Below are positions 1 to 8,116 of a DNA stretch of 26,272 bases, one piece after another. The position numbers were made by a program, and so were the translations under genes. Source of the stretch: Candidatus Woesearchaeota archaeon (lineage in GTDB: Archaea > Nanobdellota > Nanobdellia > CAYMVK01 > CAYYFB01); NCBI GenBank assembly GCA_964471255.1, contig CAYYFB010000005.1:1-26272 (forward strand), in the 5' to 3' direction. The first letter of the stretch is position 1, and every line of letters begins with the position of its first letter. Under the pieces are notes generated by a model that was given only the letters and a program-made list of their open reading frames with translations, was not told the DNA's origin and searched no databases.

Positions 1-85
1 GATGAAAAACAATGTCTCCATGTAATATTGGATAATATAGTCTATGAGTACTGTAAGCAGATTAAAAATGGAGATTAGAGACTCC

Positions 86-784
86 TTATAGACCTCCTAG
101 ACTAGTTATTTCTCGGGCAGCCTCTTCAAGATCTTTATGTGTATCTATACTTCTCCAGAAGATATCAATATATTTTACTGCAGCTAATACTTCCTCAGAA
201 GCCATTCTAGGAAATGCTGTTTTTTCAATATCACCTTTATCAGGCAGGTAATCAAATACATCTGGTGTCATCGCATATACTCCAGCATTAATCCAATAAT
301 CACTTAATCTCGGCTTTTCTCTAAAGCCTTTTACAATATCACCACTTATTTCAAGAATACCATAAGGACTTGGTAAAGGTATTGCTGCAATTGCTGCTAT
401 AAATCTCCTATTACTTTTCAGGGTTTCAATTAATTTTTCAGGATTTAGATTAGTCAATATATCTCCATTCAATACTAAGAATATATTAGTTTTAGACAAG
501 ATATGTTCAGCATTCTTTAATGCTCCACCAGTACCTAACGGCTCGTCCTCAACAACATAAGTCACTCTTACTTCGAGACGACTGCCGCTACCTATATATT
601 CTATAATCTTTTCTTTTCTATAACCAACAAGTAATACAAATTCGTTAATACCATATTTCTTTAGCCATTCAATTTGCCATTCAAGAATAGGTCTTCCAGC
701 TACTTGAATCAAAGGTTTTGGAAGCTCCTCAGTATATGGACGGAGTCTTTTACCAAATCCACCGACAAGGATAGCCGCCATCAT
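86..784 (-). CDS. Sugar-phosphate nucleotidyltransferase (NDP-sugar pyrophosphorylase family)
   Basis: 232-aa ORF. The N-terminus 'AAILVGGFGKRLRPYTEELPKPL' matches the G-x-G-x-R-L-x-P nucleotidyltransferase signature. 'EPLGTGGA' and 'VLNGD' motifs follow. Confidence 0.85.
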   Translation of the reverse strand: MMAAILVGGFGKRLRPYTEELPKPLIQVAGRPILEWQIEWLKKYGINEFVLLVGYRKEKIIEYIGSGSRLEVRVTYVVEDEPLGTGGALKNAEHILSKTNIFLVLNGDILTNLNPEKLIETLKSNRRFIAAIAAIPLPSPYGILEISGDIVKGFREKPRLSDYWINAGVYAMTPDVFDYLPDKGDIEKTAFPRMASEEVLAAVKYIDIFWRSIDTHKDLEEAAREITSLGGL

Positions 785-1014
785 ATCCTTTCCACCTCCA
801 GAACTCCTCTAGAATACTATAATAGATTTTATACATTAATAAAGAATAACTATAAAACAATATAATCCCTAAATTAAATTATTCATATAGATGCTGAAAA
901 CGGCCGAAGCAGATACGATGAAGAGCAACACCTAGGCTTAGCCTGAGATGAGGATACTGGCCCTGAACCGATTATGATGTGGAGATTATGTAGCCGACTG
1001 TTTCTAATAAACAC

Positions 1015-1554
1015 ATGTCTTTATCTGGTCCAAAGTATAAGAGTCTCTATGTGGATAGTCATCTAGAGGTGAAACTATTGGTTAATGAGGCAAAAATCGT
1101 TGAACATGGTTTACCAGGTAAGTTCGATTACTTGGAACATACTGCTGATGTATATATACTTGCATATGGGGAAAATATTATTGAGTTATTAGAGAATGCT
1201 GGCATAGCATTATTTGAAACTATGACTGATACAAATAAGATCAATAAGAGGATCTATAAAGATATAGAGGCTCATGGAATAGATCTTGAGAATTTGCTTT
1301 ATCGCTGGCTTGAAGAATTGTTAACAATATATTATTCTGAAAATATAATGTGCAGTGAAATCAGAGTTAATAAGTTTGTAGTTTCTAGAGAAAACGCTGG
1401 GATAGACTACTTTGCCAAGGGCTCATGTATGGGCGAAGAATTCGATCCAGAAAGACATGAAGCTAAGGTTGAGGTAAAAGCAATAACGTATCATTTAATG
1501 AAAATAGTACGTGAAGAAAACGGGTGGAAAGCATATTTTGTACTTGACATTTAG
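1015..1554 (+). CDS. Archease
   Basis: 'FDYLEHTADVYILAYGENIIELLENAGIALFETMTD' is the characteristic archease N-terminal motif. The C-terminus 'KAITYHLMKI...YFVLDI' also fits. The true start may be an internal GTG at 1069, because the family is usually ~140-160 aa. Confidence 0.8.
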   Translation: MSLSGPKYKSLYVDSHLEVKLLVNEAKIVEHGLPGKFDYLEHTADVYILAYGENIIELLENAGIALFETMTDTNKINKRIYKDIEAHGIDLENLLYRWLEELLTIYYSENIMCSEIRVNKFVVSRENAGIDYFAKGSCMGEEFDPERHEAKVEVKAITYHLMKIVREENGWKAYFVLDI

Positions 1555-2108
1555 ATAAGTTTTTTCATCAACTTAGCTGAACAATTTCTACAGAAGAACA
1601 TGGATTTTTCATCAACTTCATAAACACTATTGCTAAATCTCATAACACACTCTTTATTACTGCAATGGCCTAAATCTAATAAATGACCTAATTCATGGAT
1701 AACTTCTTTAGATACACGTTGAATATATAAATTGAAATCATATCTATTCCCATAAAAACGTGGATCAAGTCTCTTAGTATAGATTATAGCTGTTCTTAAT
1801 CCAGGAGACGCTTCTCCAAATACAAAGTTTAAACCATGCTCAAACCCATCTAGATATCCTATGCCAATAATATAATCTTCAAAAATCTTGGATACATAAT
1901 TATAAAGCCACTTAAGTAAACAAGGACTAAGATACTGCATTCTATTCCAAACAAAACAATCCATAGGAGGCTTTAATACATCGGGCCATATGAGAACATC
2001 TATAGACATACCTACTTTAGAGAAACTCTCTCTCAAATTAGAGGCCCATATATTTAAGTAGTCAATTACATAAGGCCTAGTCAATGGAATAATTAGGACC
2101 CTAGCCAA
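1551..2108 (-). CDS. amzA: Archaemetzincin-type zinc metallopeptidase
   Basis: 'HELGHLLDLGHCSNKECVMRFSNS...FCRNCSAKL' matches the archaemetzincin HExxHxxxxxHC...CxM...CxxC pattern. The tracked ORF (to 2237) runs into tRNA-Phe, so the start was moved to in-frame TTG 2108 ('(M)ARVLIIPL...'). The start is uncertain. Confidence 0.75.
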   Translation of the reverse strand: MARVLIIPLTRPYVIDYLNIWASNLRESFSKVGMSIDVLIWPDVLKPPMDCFVWNRMQYLSPCLLKWLYNYVSKIFEDYIIGIGYLDGFEHGLNFVFGEASPGLRTAIIYTKRLDPRFYGNRYDFNLYIQRVSKEVIHELGHLLDLGHCSNKECVMRFSNSVYEVDEKSMFFCRNCSAKLMKKLI

Positions 2109-2177
2109 GATATAGCACCCAATTGGAAAATAATGTATTCTGCAAAATAAACACAATGGTTGGTAGCATAGAAGAAA

Positions 2178-2284
2178 TGCCGCCGCGGGGATTTGAACCC
2201 CGGACAACCCGGTCTTCAGCTTCGCCGGATCCCTCATAGACTGAGGGTTTCCACGGGCGCTCTCCCGGGCTGAGCTACGGCGGC
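2178..2284 (-). tRNA. tRNA-Phe(GAA) with a 33-nt intron at a non-canonical position (anticodon stem, ~30/31)
   Basis: The reverse complement reads GCCGCCG-TA-GCTC-AGCCCGGGA-GAGC-G-CCCG[33 nt]G-CTGAAGA-CCGGG-TTGTC-CGGGG-TTCAAAT-CCCCG-CGGCGGC-A. All four stems pair once the insert tggaaaccctcagtctatgagggatccggcgaa is removed. No CCA is encoded. Confidence 0.85.
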
Positions 2285-2348
2285 TCCTTGTCTACATAGG
2301 TATTCTAGGTGTTGTGGTTTATTAGTTTTTAATATCCCTTATCATAAC

Positions 2349-3209
2349 ATGTTGTGGAGGGCTATAATGGTTACGACATTATGGGCTTACTTAGCTGATT
2401 TGCTCGAGGACCATAGAATTATTTATGTATTTGATAAGAGGCTCTATAAGCTTAAACTCTTTAAGTATAATCCATTACAAGCACTAGCTATTGATATGTT
2501 TCTCCATAAGAAATGTATTGATTTAGGCTCTATTAGTGGTAGGGTATTTAGGGTTTTCAGAGCTGGTGGTAGGGAGTATATCTTCTTAGGTAGTTCGGGA
2601 AAAATTATTTCAGAGTTAATTTATCCAGTGAGTAAAAATAGTAAGTTTATTTGCTGGGATGATCTATCGGGGTCCTTACCTAAGAGACTGCTATTCATAA
2701 TAGATAATTCCCTGTACCATGAATTACATCCAAAAGATCAGAATAGGCTAGTTTATCAGTTAAATTTATTCCTTAAAGTACTCCGTAAATACCTATTTGA
2801 TACCTATCTTTTAATGAATAATTCTCCTATAGAGCTCTATAAGAAATACAATAGTGTAGCTGGACACAACATGGTTAGATGGCTTAGTGAATTTACTAAA
2901 TAAAGATAATAAAATAATAGCATTGGATCCGTATGCCGAAGATATAGCTAATGAAGTGCTCTTAGAAACGTAACTGTAATAATTATTGGTGGTATAGTTG
3001 ATCGTAAAAGACCAATTAAGATGGCTACAAAGAGGATAGTAGATGCTTTAAGCAGGAAACTAGACATAGCGATCACAAGATATCGCCTGGAAATAGATGG
3101 TATACGAGAAGCAGTTCCCCATAGAATAAACATACTTGGTGAAATAATACTTGAGACAATATACAATAAATCGTTAAAAAAGTCAGTAATGGGGCACATG
3201 AGTAACTGA
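2349..3209 (+). pseudogene. trm10: Trm10-like tRNA (m1A9/m1G9) SPOUT methyltransferase, reading frame broken twice
   Basis: Three collinear pieces. Frame 0 covers 2349-2903. Frame 1 covers ~2884-2973 ('NKIIALDPYAEDIANEVLLET'). Frame 0 resumes at 2955-3209 ('VTVIIIGGIVDRKRPIKMATKRIV...IDGIREAVPHRINILGEIILE'). The 'LDPY...IIGGIVD' core is typical of the Trm10 SPOUT domain. The summed length (~285 aa) fits archaeal Trm10. Confidence 0.6.
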
Positions 3210-3515
3210 GATATAGCATGGTATATAGGATTAAAAATTATGAAAGAAAAAACTTGATCATGATAAAGTTAAAGAGATCGTGAGTGGAATAGAAGAATAT
3301 AGGAAGATAAAAATAAGAGATCATGTATTAAGAAGAGCTTATAGAATAGCAGGGATCAAGATCTAATATTAATAATAAAGTGATCAGATTTTCCGGCTTA
3401 CATCACAGCCCTATATGGGCTCAAGAGACCCTCTCCTCATCACTATAGAATAAATATAGGAAAACACCTAAATAAACCATAAAAACCCAGACACTAAATC
3501 ATAACAATGGGAAAA

Positions 3516-3593
3516 GCGGCGGTCGTCTAGCCTGGACTAGGACGCCGGCCCCCCAAGCCGGAGACCCGGGTTCAAATCCCGGCCGCCGCACCA
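3516..3593 (+). tRNA. tRNA-Gly(CCC), CCA encoded; integration target (attL side)
   Basis: GCGGCGG-TC-GTCT-AGCCTGGACTA-GGAC-G-CCGGC-CCCCCAA-GCCGG-AGAC-CCGGG-TTCAAAT-CCCGG-CCGCCGC-A-CCA. Cloverleaf folded by hand. The anticodon loop reads CC-CCC-AA. Confidence 0.8.
3550..3590 (+). repeat. attL core (3' part of tRNA-Gly)
   Basis: CCCCCAAGCCGGAGA-CCCGGGTTCAAATCCCGGCCGCCGCA is repeated at 25595-25636 with one extra T. Confidence 0.85.
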
Positions 3594-3676
3594 CTTATAT
3601 ACCCCCTATATAAATCTTTCCCTGTTGTCCCCGATAAGTTTTATGCCTCTGGGACTGTCCCAAATCATGTGGAAAC

Positions 3677-4978
3677 ATGGGACAGCCAGCTTGTATACTG
3701 GAGGAGTGGCAGGCACGGGAGATACTTCAGTATCTGTATCGTAGACACAGGAGTATCCGAAAACTCGCTGAGTTATTACATACAAGTAAGAGTACTTTAC
3801 ACCGGTGTTTGCAAGGGAAACAATCCATACCAGTATCCATAAGAGCTCGCTTATGTGAAGCACTGCCAGAGGAAGAATTACTAGAAGTACTTAAAGGCAA
3901 GGAGCTACTTAGGAAATATGGCTTAATAGATAATGATGGCAGGCTCAACAAAGCACTCCTCCTAGCGCTGATAGATTCGGCCATGCAGGTTGAAACTATA
4001 AAAGAAGAAGTACTCGCCTACCTACTCAAATACTATAAGGGTGAGTTAATGGAGAGATTAGCCGAAACCCTCCCCAAAATAGAGCTGAAATGGAGCGAAG
4101 ACTTCGAGCGATGGCTTACAGAGAAGAAGAGTAAGCCAATCAGTGAACGCACACTACGTGATTACCGTAATCTCTGGCGTAACTGTTTAGAGGGAAAGGT
4201 GCTTGGATGGCACCTATTGAAGCAGCTTGAAGGAAACAAAATGATGTGCAGAGACGGAAAATATCATCCCACGGGATGGGCTAGACAGATATTCAGACGC
4301 TACATCAGATACCTATACTCACAGGGCAAAATAGACTGGGACACCTATTCAAGACTCCTCCTAACAATCCCTGGACGCAAATACGGTCGTAAACTCGTTC
4401 AAAAACCCATCCTAAAGGAGGATGTGATAAATACGCTTAAGAAGCTAAGAGGGGCTAAGAGGCTCGACATATACATGCTCTATCTTCTAATACTGTCGTC
4501 TGCTATAAGATTTGAGCATGCACTTAGAGTCCTGAAGAACTGGAGACCAGATGAAATCATCTACGTTAACTATCTCAACCGCAACATAAGAAGACTTGAA
4601 TGCTTCCAAACACACTGCAGATACTATATAGGTAGGGAGAAAGAACGGAAACCTGTTGGTTTCATGTTCTTTCCTCGTCAATTACTAGAGTTAATAGAGA
4701 AATACAAGGATAGACTACCAAGTAAGAGGAGGATAGAGAAAGTAGTGAAGAAATACGGCTGTCTACCACTATCACATATAAGGACATATGCCCTACGGTT
4801 GATACTCCATGCATTAGGCGATAACGATATCTCGAAATTCATACTCAGCAAGTTCGGAGAATTAACGGTCTCAGCAAGACACTATAGAGACCTATTAGAA
4901 GAAGCTGATAAAATGTATCCCACGTACATTCAATATTTAGAAAACGAATTCGGCAATTATCTAGTATCTTCTCCATAG
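3677..4978 (+). CDS. int: Tyrosine recombinase/integrase (unsplit, pNOB8-like integration mode) with N-terminal HTH
   Basis: 433 aa. HTH 'IRKLAELLHTSKSTLHRCLQG'. Candidate catalytic residues lie in 'SSAIRFEHAL' (R), 'HIRTYALRLIL' (HxxR) and 'SARHYRDLL' (Y). It is adjacent to attL. Confidence 0.85.
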   Translation: MGQPACILEEWQAREILQYLYRRHRSIRKLAELLHTSKSTLHRCLQGKQSIPVSIRARLCEALPEEELLEVLKGKELLRKYGLIDNDGRLNKALLLALIDSAMQVETIKEEVLAYLLKYYKGELMERLAETLPKIELKWSEDFERWLTEKKSKPISERTLRDYRNLWRNCLEGKVLGWHLLKQLEGNKMMCRDGKYHPTGWARQIFRRYIRYLYSQGKIDWDTYSRLLLTIPGRKYGRKLVQKPILKEDVINTLKKLRGAKRLDIYMLYLLILSSAIRFEHALRVLKNWRPDEIIYVNYLNRNIRRLECFQTHCRYYIGREKERKPVGFMFFPRQLLELIEKYKDRLPSKRRIEKVVKKYGCLPLSHIRTYALRLILHALGDNDISKFILSKFGELTVSARHYRDLLEEADKMYPTYIQYLENEFGNYLVSSP

Positions 4979-4997
4979 GTCTTTACAGAGGGAGAAA

Positions 4998-5867
4998 ATG
5001 AAGAAGAGTCGAGTTGTCGCAGTAGTCGCTGTAGTTGTCGTTGTGCTCGTGGTACTTGCTATGCTCATGCACGTACCCCCGTTCACTGGTAATGGTAGTC
5101 CGGTCTCCACGCCATCAACCCCGTCTGGCACCAGCACCGGCACCAGCCCATCAACCAGCACCACTGCCCCTGGCTATGTCAAGCTCGACAGCCTCAACGG
5201 CACAATAGTATCGCTGAACGGCGAGGAGATAACCGAGCAGTTATGGTCTAAGATGAGGGACTACAACGCCGGCGACCCAGCAGTAAAACCCTACATAGAC
5301 TGGCTCCGCAAAGCCCTCGCACCCGAACCACACGATGCACTCAATGTCCCTTGGTACCCAAGGTATAGGTACTACTGGTTCAACGACAGACACGGCTGGA
5401 GCGTACCGCTACCATATGAAGACAGCATAACGAGGATAGGATTGGTCAAGCTACCGTTTGGGGTAGGGCTAGTAGTAACAGCCTATCATGCCAGCGACGG
5501 CTTAACCATAATAGTGCACGGCACAGTAATTAACGAAACCGAGTGGAGAGAGTTGCTGAGCAGAACTGTTGCTTTCGCTCCCTATCCATCACCGCCTATT
5601 TACGGGTGGGAATCTTGGGGCGTCATGGCCGGAGACTTCTATAATAATCCTAAAGCAAGATACATTACTAACTGGGTGCTCTGGAGAATTAGCCTCGAAG
5701 GACACGGGAGCTACCTAGATACAGGTAAAGTAAAGGCACCAATCAAGAAAGTTGTTGTCCTCATAGAGATGCCGGTACACGAGAGATATCTTGGCTCTCT
5801 GACGATGACTGGTACTTGCAAAGCGCTGAAGCAGTATACTGGGCAGTACTGGGAGAGCCAGCATTAG
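4998..5867 (+). CDS. Secreted/membrane-anchored protein with Ser/Thr/Pro-rich linker
   Basis: N-terminal hydrophobic segment 'VVAVVAVVVVVLVVLAMLM' is followed by 'SPVSTPSTPSGTSTGTSPSTSTTAPG'. G+C is much higher than in the surrounding sequence. It may continue into 5816-6624 through frame shifts. Confidence 0.6.
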   Translation: MKKSRVVAVVAVVVVVLVVLAMLMHVPPFTGNGSPVSTPSTPSGTSTGTSPSTSTTAPGYVKLDSLNGTIVSLNGEEITEQLWSKMRDYNAGDPAVKPYIDWLRKALAPEPHDALNVPWYPRYRYYWFNDRHGWSVPLPYEDSITRIGLVKLPFGVGLVVTAYHASDGLTIIVHGTVINETEWRELLSRTVAFAPYPSPPIYGWESWGVMAGDFYNNPKARYITNWVLWRISLEGHGSYLDTGKVKAPIKKVVVLIEMPVHERYLGSLTMTGTCKALKQYTGQYWESQH

Positions 5868-6003
5868 CACTAGCTATGAATATAGCATACCAGCCAGACA
5901 CGGATATCTGGCGCCTGTACAGGACAATAACGGTATCAATGACCAAAAGCGTAGTAACTACTGACACGCATCACGCAGAGGAAGAAGGCCCGATGGCTGG
6001 TTC

Positions 6004-6624
6004 ATGTCAAAGACTATAGAGCCGGGGGTTGATATGTCGCCAGTCATGCTTAGAGCATTCAAGGCAGGCGTTTGTGCCGACTACACATCTGCTACTACAC
6101 TCTTCGCATCAAACGCCCTAGGTGCAATAACATCCGCTGTATCCTTACCCTCTCCTAGTGGTATAGGTCATGCACTTTCAGTTCTAGTCCTTCCGTCGAG
6201 TACATTCCGGGCATACGATATAAGATTGCCACTCGACGCTGACCACGACGGCAAGAACGAAACCGGGATAGTAATAGTTGATACCGCAGGCCTAGAAGCA
6301 TCCTACATAAATGATAAAATGGAGGACGTCCAGCTTATCTTACCGTTTATGTGGAACTATAACGAAAATGTAGATGAATGCGTGGAGCGGTATGGATACA
6401 ACCTGTACTGGGTCGGCGTCGCCCAGAGCGACATGGGTCTTCCGAGATGGCTTAAGATGCCTTGGCTTCCAGAGATAATGAGGATGATTAACTATGCCCG
6501 CATAGTTGGCGAGGCACGTAAAGTATTCATTGAGAATTACTACCGACCTGAAGCCGTATTCTACCCAATGCCCGTAGAGCAATTCGTAAAAACAGTAGCT
6601 AACCTTACGGCAATCAAGATGTGA
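6004..6624 (+). CDS. Hypothetical protein, possible transglutaminase-like Cys-His-Asp fold
   Basis: 'AGVCADYTSATTLF...GIGHALSVLVL...VIVDTAG' resembles the C...H...D spacing of transglutaminase-like cysteine peptidases. Assignment is weak and by eye. The frame is open upstream to 5965. Confidence 0.4.
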   Translation: MSKTIEPGVDMSPVMLRAFKAGVCADYTSATTLFASNALGAITSAVSLPSPSGIGHALSVLVLPSSTFRAYDIRLPLDADHDGKNETGIVIVDTAGLEASYINDKMEDVQLILPFMWNYNENVDECVERYGYNLYWVGVAQSDMGLPRWLKMPWLPEIMRMINYARIVGEARKVFIENYYRPEAVFYPMPVEQFVKTVANLTAIKM

Positions 6625-6633
6625 ACAGAGTAC

Positions 6634-7578
6634 ATGCCTCCCGGCTACACTCTAGGCGTCAGCAAGGTAGTAGGCAGGATACCGGTAGTTGATGCCGGGG
6701 AAACACCGAGTCTCTGCAATACATCAGTAGTCTGCCATACAGTAGAGTTCAAAATAGTGCTCAGCAGTGGCGACGGCAAACACTACACCGGCTCGGTGGT
6801 CGCCAATGCTAGAAACATTACGGTATCGGCAACGCTCATCACCTACCTAAGAGACTTTAACGAGTACGTTATGAACACGACGATATACATCGACGGCACA
6901 CCGGTCTTTCATGCCGATGAGCTGAGATTAGTGTACTCGCTCTACACGGGAAGCTGTTCAAAGACAGTCCCAGTCGAGTACAACAACGAACCCATAGCAT
7001 ACATACTTACTCTGGAACTCTCAACCACCAATAAGAACGAAAATAACGACACAGGAAGCGAAAACAACACCAGCCCCGGCAACAAAGTAGTCAACACTAT
7101 CGTCCAGCTATCACCAATATACATCAACGAATCCACGTCTTGGGGCGAGATGCCTGTGCTGGATAGGCTGGTGGGCACCAGTATAGTTAACGCAACCAAC
7201 ATCACGGTCGAGGCCTTCTATACGGGGGACGGTTACGATGTCCATATTTATATCAATAGCACGCACGCCTTCGACACCCATACAGCTCTCCCTGCAACAC
7301 TAGAGTTCAGCTACGACGGAGCAGAGTATCGGATAGATGTTATACTACCTAGTCCACCAGTACTCAACCAGACCATTACATCAGAACTTGTACCAGTAGA
7401 TGAGACGCAGGTGGCCCTGCCGAACGGCACGGTAGTTAATGTAATCATCTACATGGTGAACCAAACAACAAAGATAGAGATAAACAACATAACCATAGTG
7501 GTGTACGGCTACGTGTCGAGGCTACAGATAGATTTGGATATATACGTGTTCGGCGTTCCCCAGCAGAGTATAATGTAA
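6634..7578 (+). CDS. Extracellular protein rich in N-glycosylation sequons
   Basis: 314 aa with about 13 N-x-S/T sequons (NTS, NIT, NTT, NDT, NES, NAT, NST, NQT, NGT...). An open frame continues in another phase to the stop at 7737-7739. Confidence 0.6.
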   Translation: MPPGYTLGVSKVVGRIPVVDAGETPSLCNTSVVCHTVEFKIVLSSGDGKHYTGSVVANARNITVSATLITYLRDFNEYVMNTTIYIDGTPVFHADELRLVYSLYTGSCSKTVPVEYNNEPIAYILTLELSTTNKNENNDTGSENNTSPGNKVVNTIVQLSPIYINESTSWGEMPVLDRLVGTSIVNATNITVEAFYTGDGYDVHIYINSTHAFDTHTALPATLEFSYDGAEYRIDVILPSPPVLNQTITSELVPVDETQVALPNGTVVNVIIYMVNQTTKIEINNITIVVYGYVSRLQIDLDIYVFGVPQQSIM

Positions 7579-7775
7579 CTGTTGAGGGACTCAACGCAAC
7601 AACCAGTATGGAGTACAGCGGAGCATTTCATGTATACATACACTACCAAGCACCACGAGAACAGCTAATACCCATCGGCACACAGGTGAAGATAACGATA
7701 CAGCCCTTGAGCCTAATAATATCAGTAAGAATAGTCTGACTCTTATTCGTCCTTGGAATTCTCCATTATTTTGAA

Positions 7776-8111
7776 CTATTTTAATGCGGAAATCACTAGT
7801 GCAACTGCTCTTCCTAATGCTACGGATAGTGATATAGCACCTACTATTCTAAGTATATCTATGCCATAACTTGCCATCACGAGCCCTACCATTATAAAGA
7901 GCAATAGAATGGTCAGTATTCCTTGATGCTCATCACTAGTGCTCTTCTTTTCTATTAATATGAATATTCCGCTTATTATACCACCTAATGCAAGGAAAGT
8001 ACCTATCCAAGGTGCTGTTAGAATTGAAGCTAGAGATAATGTGCTTAGAAGCATTAATCCTAGTGCGAATAAGAACCCGTAAATTAGTCCGCTTATATAT
8101 TCTTCATCCAT
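7776..8111 (-). CDS. Small integral membrane protein (3 predicted TM helices)
   Basis: 111 aa with three long hydrophobic stretches. It lies 5 nt downstream of the 8117-9427 gene on the same strand. Confidence 0.6.
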   Translation of the reverse strand: MDEEYISGLIYGFLFALGLMLLSTLSLASILTAPWIGTFLALGGIISGIFILIEKKSTSDEHQGILTILLLFIMVGLVMASYGIDILRIVGAISLSVALGRAVALVISALK

Positions 8112-8116
8112 CTATA

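Noticed and set aside
900-1005. C/D-box sRNA upstream of archease.
   Set aside because: Box-like elements are present, but the spacings (18 nt and 8 nt instead of ~12 nt) and degenerate boxes do not fit the archaeal C/D architecture.
2109-2237. N-terminal 43 codons of the tracked 228-aa ORF (1551-2237).
   Set aside because: This part overlaps tRNA-Phe (2178-2284) on the same strand. The metzincin domain begins further downstream, and an in-frame TTG at 2108 gives a family-typical length.
3677-4978. SSV-type integration, in which the int gene is split by integration.
   Set aside because: The integrase ORF is continuous (433 aa), lies wholly inside the element, and contains no att copy.
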